Shown piece by piece: positions 8,911 through 17,780 of a stretch of DNA of 64,000 nt. The notes below the pieces were generated by a model. The model had not been told where the DNA came from. It made no database searches and saw only the letters and a list, made by a program, of their open reading frames with translations. Numbering within the stretch: position 1 is the first letter of the stretch; every line of letters starts with the position of its first letter. Both the position numbers and the translations under genes were made by a program. The DNA is from Acidimicrobiia bacterium (GTDB lineage Bacteria; Actinomycetota; Acidimicrobiia; Acidimicrobiales; JANYDT01): positions 11,583 to 75,582 of the forward strand of contig JANOWU010000287.1 of the NCBI GenBank assembly GCA_031418035.1, written 5' to 3'.

Positions 8911-10638
8911 TCAACGAGAAGCGGCGCTGAGCGGTCGCTCTGCCGAAGGGGGCAGCGATTCGCGAACGAGTGCATCGGCGATCGATTGTTCCGGTCGCAT
9001 ACTGGGGTAGCGATCGCTCGCCGGATCCTCGGGTTGGCGAAGTGCGAGGGGAACGGTGTCGTGGTCCACGTACTCGAAGCGGTGACGGTGTCGTGTTCGG
9101 GGGCGACTCTCGTCGATCAGTGCTCGCCCCAGCGCCCCGGATGTCCCGTAAGCGATTCCGACGCAGATCAGTGCCGCCCAGTCCTGCATACCCAAGTCCG
9201 CCCAGGCTTGGACCAGGTAGGCAATGACGATGCACACCGACCACGCCCCTGCCGCCCGTCGTTGCGGATGAATACTTCGCCGCCGACTACTCACCGCGTA
9301 GAAGACTGCGACCACCGGAAGCAAAAAGTACACCGACGGGCCGATCAACCCGTTGAACGCCCAGAATCCCAGGAAGCTGTTATGGGGCAGGTAGCGGTAC
9401 TGCGAGAACACGTCCTTGATCTGGTAGGCCACGACATACTCGTTGTACTGATGCCCAAACCCGTACCCAAAAATTGGCTTGTCCTTGAGCGTCACCAGCA
9501 GGTTGAAGTTCTCGATGTCGCGTGTATCGGTGGACACGTCTTTTTTCGTCGAAACACTGGCGATTTTGTTGATCGGAAGAAAAATGGGCGACGTCGATTG
9601 CGAGGCGAAGCCGACGACCACGTACACAACCACCAACGGCCAGGTCAAGGAGAGGTACCTGCCGAGCTGTCGCTTCACTGGACGATGGGCCACTGTAACG
9701 AGGAAGAGCACCCCGGCCATCAGCGCGACCCATGCGACGCGTCGGTTGTTGAGCTGGATCGCATGGAGGTAGAACGGCGAAAGAACGAGCATGAGCCGAA
9801 AGTCTCGACGGCTTCGGGTTTCGAGCCACGTCGCCAGCAAGATAAACAGGCACGTCACCCAAACGACGGAGTCGGAATGGGTCGTGACATAGGCACCGCT
9901 CGTGTCGGCCCGCAGACCGGCGCCGTACGTCACCCAAAGAGCTTCGGCGACCTTTACGAGTCCGGCAGCGAAGAGCGCAAATCGCAGCCGACGAATTCCC
10001 ATGTCCGTCGCGGCCACAGAAACCGCAAGCGCGAACGCCGGCACGAGGAGCGGGACTCGGAGTTGCCACAGCGACTGCTGCAAATTGCCGCCGTTGACCA
10101 GAATTCCCCAAACCTCAAGACCGACGATCGCCAACACACCAAAGAGACACGCCTGCGCAAACGGACGAGGCGGTCGCCGGTTCACGCCGACGTCGCGGTC
10201 GGAAAGTACGAGGATCGTGGCGGCTCGAAAGACTAGGAGGCCGATCAAGATGTCGGCGAGTGCGACTTTGGGCGGAAGGTTCTCGTAGAGGAACTTGCCG
10301 ATGGGGTTCAGGATCCAGTCGACCTTGCCTACCGCAGGCTGGCCTGACGGGTTGTTGACCGCCAGAAGCAAAAACGCGACCGACGGCAGGACGATCTCGA
10401 GTGAAAGTGCAAACGCCGCCCATCCCAGTGCCACGATGACGGTCGGAACCACCAGAAACGTGGGGCCACCGAACACCGCCGCGACCAGCGTGACGAACAG
10501 CAGAGCGGGAATGACGACGCGACTCGACGACTTTGAGAAGAGCTCTCGATTCGAGGCTCGGCGCACCTTTGCGTCTCGCGTCGCGTGTCTGGAGAACACC
10601 GCACCATCATCGGACACGACGAAGCGCTCTGTCGTCAT
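8911..10638 (-). CDS. O-antigen ligase/polymerase-like (Wzy_C-type) integral membrane protein
   Basis: At least 10 hydrophobic helices. A large loop contains YGFGHQYNEYVVAY...RYLPHNSFLGFWAFNGLIG, which is typical of the O-antigen ligase/Wzy_C family. I took the start at ATG 10638 (MTTERFVV...); the ORF-track start is 10686. Confidence 0.7.
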   Translation of the reverse strand: MTTERFVVSDDGAVFSRHATRDAKVRRASNRELFSKSSSRVVIPALLFVTLVAAVFGGPTFLVVPTVIVALGWAAFALSLEIVLPSVAFLLLAVNNPSGQPAVGKVDWILNPIGKFLYENLPPKVALADILIGLLVFRAATILVLSDRDVGVNRRPPRPFAQACLFGVLAIVGLEVWGILVNGGNLQQSLWQLRVPLLVPAFALAVSVAATDMGIRRLRFALFAAGLVKVAEALWVTYGAGLRADTSGAYVTTHSDSVVWVTCLFILLATWLETRSRRDFRLMLVLSPFYLHAIQLNNRRVAWVALMAGVLFLVTVAHRPVKRQLGRYLSLTWPLVVVYVVVGFASQSTSPIFLPINKIASVSTKKDVSTDTRDIENFNLLVTLKDKPIFGYGFGHQYNEYVVAYQIKDVFSQYRYLPHNSFLGFWAFNGLIGPSVYFLLPVVAVFYAVSSRRRSIHPQRRAAGAWSVCIVIAYLVQAWADLGMQDWAALICVGIAYGTSGALGRALIDESRPRTRHRHRFEYVDHDTVPLALRQPEDPASDRYPSMRPEQSIADALVRESLPPSAERPLSAASR

Positions 10639-10925
10639 GACACTCTCGGAATGACGAATCGTAGGCACCCGTAGTACACAACACATGCGATCAGGTAGAA
10701 CGAGACCGCTCGCCGCGGACCATGTGCGGCACGCCCTTTTGACAACCGTGTCGGCAAGACGACGATTGCGATCATCAGGGACAGAAACAGAAACTTCCCG
10801 GTCATGTTGCGTGGCGCATGTGCTCAGAGTGCTTGATCATCGTTGGGGCTCCGTAACAGTCTGTCGCGAATCGCCTGGTTTGTGCTTCGGCCCCTCGTTC
10901 TCCCCACTTGAGCCAGCGGCGCCAG

Positions 10926-10997
10926 GTGCTCGACGTGAACGACGTGCCCGAAGTGCCCGAAGTGCCCGAAGTGCCCGACGTGCCCGACGTGCTCGAC
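10926..10997. repeat. 9-bp tandem repeat, 8 units (GTGCYCGAM consensus)
   Basis: Read directly: GTGCTCGAC GTGAACGAC GTGCCCGAA GTGCCCGAA GTGCCCGAA GTGCCCGAC GTGCCCGAC GTGCTCGAC. It lies between the Wzy-like gene and the SGNH esterase gene. Confidence 0.95.
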
Positions 10998-11091
10998 GTC
11001 GGATGGGCCCTGTCCGTGCGCCAACAGGTCTTTCGGATCAATTTCCGGGGCATCGGCGCAATCCCTCCATGACGCCCGTTACCCTGGCTCG

Positions 11092-11955
11092 ATGGCCACC
11101 TTCTTCCCCCGATCTGGCGTCGTGCGCCGTCGGGTCCTACGTGCCGTCCTGGCGTTGGGGTTGCTCAGTCTGACGTACACCCTTTCCTTGGCGGCGACGA
11201 AGATCACGAAGAACGCACGTCCCAAGCCGCCGGTACTCGTGAACGCTGCCGTTGCGCCGGAGCCCGCAACCACGAACGCATCGCGTTCGTGTACCAAAGT
11301 CCGCATCATGCCCCTCGGCGATTCGCTGACCGCGTTTCCCGATTCCTATCGTGGGCCGCTCTTCCGCAATCTCGTCGAGCGGAAGGTCGACGTCGACTTC
11401 GTCGGGTCGGTGAGCTGGGGACCCGCCATCGGCGGCGACGTCGACGGCGAAGGCCACGGGGGCTTCACCATCGGTCCAGACGATCGCGTCGATGACCAAG
11501 GGGGCAAGTCCAACCTGTTCGACAACGTCGACCGATGGATTCCGGCTGCCAAGCCCGAGATCATCCTGCTGACAATAGGCACCAACGACATGGCGGGTGG
11601 CGGCACGTGGGTGAGCCAGGCTCCCGGAAAGTTGACGGCACTCGTCAAGAAGATTCAGGGCCTGGCCCCGGATGCGGTCATCGTGGTCGGCGATATTCCA
11701 CCGTCGACCTACGACCCGACGTCGACGAACGTGAACAACGACGTCAACGCGGCCGCACGGGCCCTCGGCAGCGCGTCCCCGAACGATACGGTGATCTATG
11801 GAGACACCGCGAAACGGCTCCTCAAAACAGGTTTCCAGGCGTCAAAGGACACCGTGGACGGGATTCACTTTTCCCCCTCGGGCGGCGAGATGTTCGCAAC
11901 AGCCTGGCAACCAGCGGTCGACGAGGCACTACGGCTTACAGGACGAAACTGCTAA
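11092..11955 (+). CDS. Secreted SGNH/GDSL-family hydrolase (esterase)
   Basis: N-terminal signal/TM segment (VLRAVLALGLLSLTYTLSLAA). SGNH blocks are IMPLGDSLT (GDS), GHGGF, TIGTNDM and DGIHFS (DxxH). Confidence 0.8.
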   Translation: MATFFPRSGVVRRRVLRAVLALGLLSLTYTLSLAATKITKNARPKPPVLVNAAVAPEPATTNASRSCTKVRIMPLGDSLTAFPDSYRGPLFRNLVERKVDVDFVGSVSWGPAIGGDVDGEGHGGFTIGPDDRVDDQGGKSNLFDNVDRWIPAAKPEIILLTIGTNDMAGGGTWVSQAPGKLTALVKKIQGLAPDAVIVVGDIPPSTYDPTSTNVNNDVNAAARALGSASPNDTVIYGDTAKRLLKTGFQASKDTVDGIHFSPSGGEMFATAWQPAVDEALRLTGRNC

Positions 11956-11959
11956 CGAT

Positions 11960-14900
11960 TCACGCCACGACGGCATCGGGTCCGAGGAGGACCCGAATTT
12001 CGGAGAGCAGACGCGTCGACGCTTCGACATTGAACTCATTCGAGAGACGCAAGACCTGACGGCCAAAGTGAATGAACACCTCTGAGTCGCCAGGATAGGT
12101 CCGAAGAATCTCGCGAAGTTCGTTGAGAATTTCCGGACGGATGCCTCGTTCGGGCAGTTGGATTCGAATCGGCGGACCGCCACCGTCGATGTTGATCTCC
12201 AAGCGCTTGATGTCCATGGCGATCAGCTTCGGGAGGTCGTCGCGATCATCGATGCGCGCCCGGATCAGCACCAGGGCGTCGTCGGTGATCATGTAACCGA
12301 TCTCGCTCATCGTTTTCGGGAACACCATCACTTCGATGGCCGACTCCAGATCTTCGAGTGTGAACACGGCCATCAGCTCACCCTTCTTCGTGTACTTCTT
12401 GGTAAGCGCGGTTATCACACCCCCGACCGTCTTCGTGGGGGCGCCATCGCGCCCTCCCCCGTCGCTCTTCGGGAGCGAACCTTCGCGAAGTTCACGGATG
12501 GAACAGTCGGCGGCGCGGCGCAGCGCGGCTTGAGCCCCGAGTAGCGGATGATCGCTCACATAGAGGCCCAACATCTCCTTCTCGAAACGAAGACGTTCCT
12601 CCTTCGGCCACTCCGCACCGGCCGGAGACGCCGAGATTGCCGCCAACTTGCGTTCAGCGTCGGCCCGTCGACTCCCGTCCATTGCCCCCGACCCCGCCGC
12701 CGAATCGGAGGCCGACAACATGTCGAACATCGAAATCTGTGGGTTGTTACGGTCTCGATAGTCCTGTACGGCCAAGTCGACGATTTCTTCGTGGACCACC
12801 ATGAGGGATCGGCGGGTGTGACCGAGCGAATCGAATCCACCACCTTTGATGAGCGACTCGATCGCGCGCTTGTTCAGGACACTCGGCTCGACACGGAAGC
12901 AAAAGTCGAGAAAGTCTGTGTACGAACCATTCGCTTCTCGCTCGGCGATGATCGGGCGAACGATTCCTTCGCCAACGTTTCGCACGGCCGCCATGCCGAA
13001 CAGGATGAGTGGGTTGTCATCGCGAATGGTCGTGGCAAAGTCGCTCAACGACGAATTCACGTCGGGAACACTCACCGAGATATTGGAGTTGCGGGCCTCA
13101 GCGAGATACACCGCCGTTTTGTCTTTGTCGTCGCGCGAACTCGTGAGAAGGGCGGCGAGGTACTCGGCCGGATAGTTCGCTTTCAGGTAGGCGGTCTGGT
13201 AGCTGATGAAACCGTAGCCGTAGCTATGGCTCTTGTTGAAGGCGTAGTCGGCGAATGGCTCGATGATGTCGAAGATCTTCTTGCCGAGCGCTCGCCCGTA
13301 TCCCGTACGTTCGCACCCGTCTTCGAAGCTCTGACGCTCCTTCGCCATAACCTCGCGAATCTTCTTGCCCGCCGCTTTGCGAAGGTTGTCGGCTTGTTCG
13401 AGCGAGTACCCGGCGAACTTCTGGGCAACGCGCATCATCGACTCTTGATAGATCATCAAGCCATACGTGTCCTTCAGAACCTCCTCGGCGTCGGGATGGA
13501 AGTACGTGAGGGGCTTTCGTCCATTCTTCACATCGGCGAAGTCGTTGTGCATGTTGGCCGCCATCGGGCCGGGACGGTAGAGGGCAACGAGTGCAGCAAT
13601 GTCACCGAACACCGTGGGTTCGAGCGAACGCATGAGGGCGCGCATCGGCCCACCTTCGAGCTGGAACACCCCAATCGACTCGCCACGCTTGAGCATCTCG
13701 TAGGTCTTCGTGTCCTCGAGGTCGACGTTGTCGATATCCAGTTGCAAGCCGGTCGACTGCTCGATCAGCTCCAGGGCACGGTCGATCACGCTCAGGTTGC
13801 GCAAGCCCAGGAAGTCCATCTTCAGGAGCCCGAGTTCTTCGACGCCGTGCATTTCGTACTGTGTCACGATCGGCGCGTCGTGGATGCTTCCGCCCGGTTC
13901 CGGCTTTCGCTGGATCGGCAGGTATTCGGTCAACGCTTCCCGTGTGATCACGACGGCGGCGGCGTGGATACCGTCTTGTCGTCGGAGTCCCTCGAGTCCT
14001 TTCGCAACGTCGACCACCTGCCGGACATCGGGGTCGGACTCATACATCGAGCGGAGGTCGGCGGCCATCTTGTATCCGTCTTCGTACTTCGGGTACGGCG
14101 ATAAGCACGCATACAAAGGCGTATCGCGACCCATGACCAGGGGCGGCATGGCCTTCGCCACTCGATCACCCAGACCGTACGGATACCCGAGAACGCGCGC
14201 CGCATCGCGGACTGCCGCTCGCGCCTTGATGGTCGAGAACGTGACGATCTGGGCGACGTGATCCCACCCGTACTTTTTCGACGCGTATTCGATCATGCGC
14301 GACCGATACCGATCGTCGAAGTCCATGTCGATATCGGGCATCTGCTTACGGCCCGGATTCAGGAATCGTTCGAACAAGAGGTCGTAGCGGATCGGGTCCA
14401 GATCGACTATTCGCAGGCAATAGCTCACTGCCGACCCTGCGGCGCTGCCTCGTCCGGGGCCGACCCGAATCCGTTCTTCGCGGGCGAATCGGATGAGATC
14501 CCAGACGACGAGAAAGTAGGCATTGAAGCCCATGTTGTCGATGACGCCCAACTCGAAATCGATACGTTCCCGTATCTGCTCGGTGATCTCGTGATACCGC
14601 TCTCGCGCGCCGTTGTAGACCAGATGGCGCAGGTAGTCACGGTCGTTGTCGAAGCCCTGAGGAAGCGGGAAGTCTGGCAACTCTGTTCGCCCGAACTCGA
14701 TTTCGACCTGAGCTCGTTCGGCGATCCACAGCGTGTTATCGCACGCCGACTCCCAATGCCGGAACAGGTGCCGCATTTCGGCTGCCGATTTCAGATAGTG
14801 CTGATCGCCTTCGAATTTGAAGCGCTTCGGATCACTGATCAGTGCACCCGTCTGTACACATAGCAATGCGTCGTGGGCGACATGGTCTTCACGATTCGTG

Positions 14901-15562
14901 TAGTGACTGTCGTTCGTGGCCAGGAGCGGCGCTTTCAGTTTTCGAGCAATCTCGATGAGCTGGGGGTTCGTTTCATGTTGGGCGGCAATGCCGTGATCTT
15001 GGATCTCGACGAACAAGTTGTCGCGCCCGAAGATGTCTTGCAGACGAGCCGCCTTCGCCAAGGCACCCTTTTCGTCGCCTTTCAAGAGGGCCTGCAGCAC
15101 CTGACCGCCCAGACATCCCGTCGTCGCAATGATCCCCTCGTGGAGCTCCTCGAGAAGCTCCCAGTCGAGGCGTGGCTTGTAGTAGTACCCCTCGAGGTAC
15201 GCCCGCGACGAGAGCTTCATCAGGTTGCGGTATCCCTGGGTCGATTCGGCAAGAAGGATCAGGTGGTAATAGAGCTTGTCCCCCTCCCCCTGGTCACCGT
15301 CGTCGAGTCGACCGCGTCGCACCGGACGCTCCGAGCGCGATTCCCCCGCCATGTATGCCTCGGTGCCGATGATCGGCTTGATGCCGAGCTTGTTGGCTGC
15401 CTTGTAGAAGTCCAGCACCCCGTACATGTTCCCGTGGTCGGTTATCCCGATCGCCGGCTGTCCGTCGGCGCGGGCGGCCGTAATGACCTCGTCAATGCGC
15501 GCTGCACCGTCGAGCATCGAATACTCGGTGTGCAGGTGCAGATGGGTGAACGAGGAAGGCAT
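11960..15562 (-). CDS. dnaE: DNA polymerase III alpha subunit
   Basis: 1200 aa. PHP domain at the N-terminus (FTHLHLHTEYSMLDGA), followed by polymerase core and OB-fold regions characteristic of DnaE. Confidence 0.98.
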   Translation of the reverse strand: MPSSFTHLHLHTEYSMLDGAARIDEVITAARADGQPAIGITDHGNMYGVLDFYKAANKLGIKPIIGTEAYMAGESRSERPVRRGRLDDGDQGEGDKLYYHLILLAESTQGYRNLMKLSSRAYLEGYYYKPRLDWELLEELHEGIIATTGCLGGQVLQALLKGDEKGALAKAARLQDIFGRDNLFVEIQDHGIAAQHETNPQLIEIARKLKAPLLATNDSHYTNREDHVAHDALLCVQTGALISDPKRFKFEGDQHYLKSAAEMRHLFRHWESACDNTLWIAERAQVEIEFGRTELPDFPLPQGFDNDRDYLRHLVYNGARERYHEITEQIRERIDFELGVIDNMGFNAYFLVVWDLIRFAREERIRVGPGRGSAAGSAVSYCLRIVDLDPIRYDLLFERFLNPGRKQMPDIDMDFDDRYRSRMIEYASKKYGWDHVAQIVTFSTIKARAAVRDAARVLGYPYGLGDRVAKAMPPLVMGRDTPLYACLSPYPKYEDGYKMAADLRSMYESDPDVRQVVDVAKGLEGLRRQDGIHAAAVVITREALTEYLPIQRKPEPGGSIHDAPIVTQYEMHGVEELGLLKMDFLGLRNLSVIDRALELIEQSTGLQLDIDNVDLEDTKTYEMLKRGESIGVFQLEGGPMRALMRSLEPTVFGDIAALVALYRPGPMAANMHNDFADVKNGRKPLTYFHPDAEEVLKDTYGLMIYQESMMRVAQKFAGYSLEQADNLRKAAGKKIREVMAKERQSFEDGCERTGYGRALGKKIFDIIEPFADYAFNKSHSYGYGFISYQTAYLKANYPAEYLAALLTSSRDDKDKTAVYLAEARNSNISVSVPDVNSSLSDFATTIRDDNPLILFGMAAVRNVGEGIVRPIIAEREANGSYTDFLDFCFRVEPSVLNKRAIESLIKGGGFDSLGHTRRSLMVVHEEIVDLAVQDYRDRNNPQISMFDMLSASDSAAGSGAMDGSRRADAERKLAAISASPAGAEWPKEERLRFEKEMLGLYVSDHPLLGAQAALRRAADCSIRELREGSLPKSDGGGRDGAPTKTVGGVITALTKKYTKKGELMAVFTLEDLESAIEVMVFPKTMSEIGYMITDDALVLIRARIDDRDDLPKLIAMDIKRLEINIDGGGPPIRIQLPERGIRPEILNELREILRTYPGDSEVFIHFGRQVLRLSNEFNVEASTRLLSEIRVLLGPDAVVA

Positions 15563-15675
15563 CAGAGTCGTTGGAGGGAAAACACGTCGGTGTAATTCAC
15601 GAAACTACTGCCCCGCGTGCCCTGTCACGCAACGACGAGAGGCCTTTGCTGGGGGAAAGCCCGTCGGACTCACCG

Positions 15676-16272
15676 TCAGAGGTACGTTCCGCCTCCCGCG
15701 ACGCGACCTTGGGCGCCTGGGGACCCAGCATCGGGCGGCATCATTCCCGGCGGCAGACCACGCTGGTCGCCTCCGCCTCGCATTTGTTGCAGCTGAGCTT
15801 GCGCCGCCATTTGCTGGGCGAACAACGTGGCCTGAATGCCGTGGAACAACCCTTCGAGCCACCCAACGAGTTGGGCCTGAGCGATGCGAAGTTCGGAGTC
15901 ACTGGGTACTTCCCCGTCAGCGAAAGGGAGGGCGAGCGAACGCAACTCCTGGGCCAGGTCCGAGGACAGCGCCGAGGAAAGCTCGGCCACGGACCGATCA
16001 AACACATCGCGGAGGCGAGCCCGGGACTTCTCGTCGAGCGGGGCCTGTCGGACCTCCTCCAACAGTTGCTTGATCATCGACCCGATGCGCATCACCTTGC
16101 CGGGTTCGGACACGGTTTCTTGCTGAGGTTCAGAGGATTCGGTCGAAAGCGCCGGTGCGGTGTCGACGAGTTCGACGGCATCAGCGGGAATTGACTCTCG
16201 TGCGGATTCAGGAGACATGGTCTCCATTCTCTCCCGAATCGTTGGCTCCGGTGCACCTTCGGTTCGAGGCAC
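15676..16272 (-). CDS. Bacterial proteasome activator (Bpa/PafE-like) family protein
   Basis: Helical core KVMRIGSMIKQLLEEVRQAPLDE...AQAQLVGWLEGLFHGIQATLFAQQMAAQAQL, then a Gly/Pro-rich tail ending in GGTYL-stop. This resembles the C-terminal GQYL proteasome-docking motif of Bpa. Confidence 0.75.
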   Translation of the reverse strand: MPRTEGAPEPTIRERMETMSPESARESIPADAVELVDTAPALSTESSEPQQETVSEPGKVMRIGSMIKQLLEEVRQAPLDEKSRARLRDVFDRSVAELSSALSSDLAQELRSLALPFADGEVPSDSELRIAQAQLVGWLEGLFHGIQATLFAQQMAAQAQLQQMRGGGDQRGLPPGMMPPDAGSPGAQGRVAGGGTYL

Positions 16273-16322
16273 GTGATGGCGGGCTCCCCCGGTGAACGCG
16301 TCGGGCCGGTAGGCTGGCTTTC

Positions 16323-16778
16323 ATGCGCGTTTCGACGAGAGGGGATTATGCCTGCCGAGCGCTCCTTTCGATGGCGCTGCACGTCGAAGACTCCCCCACG
16401 CAATCGGTGCGTGATATCGCACTGCGAACCGGGCTACCGCAGCCCTACCTGGAGCAGATTCTTCTGGCGTTGAAAGGCGCGGGCTTGGTGCGTTCCAAGC
16501 GCGGTGTCGGCGGGGGGTACGTTCTGGCGCGCAACGTCGAAGAGGTCACACTTGCCGAAATCGTCAGTGCGGTCGATGGCCCTATCCAACTTGGCGATTT
16601 TGGTCTGCCACACAAAGACGGCGCCTGCGACCACGAGGGACAATGCGTCCTTCTCGCAGTTTGGAACGACGTCGGCGAACACATGCGCATGCATCTCCAG
16701 GCCCACACGCTCGCAGACATGGTTCTGCGGGCGAAGGGTCTACCGACGCCCCCGCCTGCAGTGGCCCATCACCACTGA
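16323..16778 (+). CDS. Rrf2-family transcriptional regulator
   Basis: MRVSTRGDYACRALLSMAL...SVRDIALRTGLPQPYLEQILLALKGAGLVRSKRGVGGGYVLAR is the canonical Rrf2 winged-helix N-terminus. Confidence 0.9.
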   Translation: MRVSTRGDYACRALLSMALHVEDSPTQSVRDIALRTGLPQPYLEQILLALKGAGLVRSKRGVGGGYVLARNVEEVTLAEIVSAVDGPIQLGDFGLPHKDGACDHEGQCVLLAVWNDVGEHMRMHLQAHTLADMVLRAKGLPTPPPAVAHHH

Positions 16779-16811
16779 ACCACTCGTTCTGCGCACTCAG
16801 GCGCTTCTTCG

Positions 16812-16828
16812 TCGAAGTTCGACTTCGA
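16812..16828. terminator. Hairpin between convergent Rrf2 and rluD genes (possible bidirectional terminator)
   Basis: TCGAAGT-tcg-ACTTCGA is a perfect 7-bp stem. It can be extended by an outer CGTCGA/TCGACG pair at 16810..16835. There is no clear U-tract. Confidence 0.35.
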
Positions 16829-16838
16829 ATCGACGTTC

Positions 16839-17780
16839 CTAAAGCGTTGAGAGCGTATCCAGCACCGAGCGGAGGTCATCGGGCACGGGGGCCTCGAAGA
16901 ACACGTCTTCCCCGGTCAGTGGATGACGGAATCGGAGGGAGAAGGCATGGAGCCAAAGTCGCGGTGAACGTGTCCGCCCTCGAACACCCCCGTAACGGGG
17001 GTCGCCGACGATCGGGTGACCGATGGCCGAAAGGTGGACACGGATCTGGTGCGTTCGGCCCGTCTCGAGCCAACATTCGAGCAGCGTCGACGGGTCCGGC
17101 AGATCGAAGCTGCTTTCGACTCGATAGTGCGTAATTGCCTCTCGGCCGCTGGCCGTGACGGTCATGCGAGTCGGATCTGAGTCGCTTCGTCCGACCGCTG
17201 CATCGATGACACCACTCCGGGCTGCGAACGTGCCATGGGCGAGGGCCATGTAGTGACGTGACACCGTCCGTGCACGTAGTTGTTCGATAAGGCTGGTAAC
17301 TGCGGCCTGCGTGCGGCCAACCATGAGGAGACCACTTGTGCCCTTGTCCAACCGGTGGACGATACCGGGCCTCTCGGCCTGATCCCCGACCGCAAGTTCG
17401 CCAAGTTCGGGGTAACGCGACAGCAGTCCGTGGACCAGCGTCCCCGTCTGGTTTCCTGCACCCGGATGCACGACAAGATCTGCGTGCTTACTCACGACGA
17501 TAAGGCTGTCATCTTCGTAGATGACGTCGAACTCGACGGCGGGGTCGCCGACGAGTCCTCCGCGCACCTCACGCACAGGAACCTCGATGACGATCTCATC
17601 GCCAAGGCTGACTCGGACGCTGCGCCGAGTGACCACGTTCCCCGCCACTCGCACGCCTCCCGATTCCACGAGAGCCGTCGCATCGGCCCTCGTGAGGTTG
17701 GCAAGTACGGCTACGACCCGATCGATTCGTTCTCCATCAAGCGCTTCAGAAATCGACGCATGAAGCGCGTTGTCGGTCAT
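16839..17780 (-). CDS. rluD: RluA-family 23S rRNA pseudouridine synthase
   Basis: S4-like N-terminus, HRLDKGTSGLLMVGR catalytic motif and GRTHQIRVHL. I set the start at ATG 17780 (MTDNALH...), an ATGA overlap with the lspA stop at 17777..17780. Confidence 0.9.
   Translation of the reverse strand: MTDNALHASISEALDGERIDRVVAVLANLTRADATALVESGGVRVAGNVVTRRSVRVSLGDEIVIEVPVREVRGGLVGDPAVEFDVIYEDDSLIVVSKHADLVVHPGAGNQTGTLVHGLLSRYPELGELAVGDQAERPGIVHRLDKGTSGLLMVGRTQAAVTSLIEQLRARTVSRHYMALAHGTFAARSGVIDAAVGRSDSDPTRMTVTASGREAITHYRVESSFDLPDPSTLLECWLETGRTHQIRVHLSAIGHPIVGDPRYGGVRGRTRSPRLWLHAFSLRFRHPLTGEDVFFEAPVPDDLRSVLDTLSTL

Noticed and set aside
10926-10997. Possible CRISPR array
   Set aside because: The units are contiguous 9-mers without spacers. 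There are no cas genes in the window.
10685-11173. 162-aa plus-strand ORF reading the 9-bp array as ARSARSARS...
   Set aside because: It overlaps the start of the SGNH esterase gene in another frame. Its third positions in the repeat (GCC CGA AGT) are the least gene-like of the three candidate frames.
12548-14104. 518-aa ORF on the plus strand, antisense to dnaE
   Set aside because: It lies entirely inside the well-supported dnaE gene. Its composition (Arg/Val/His/Gly-rich, no motifs) is typical of the long antisense ORFs that GC-rich genomes generate by stop-codon depletion.
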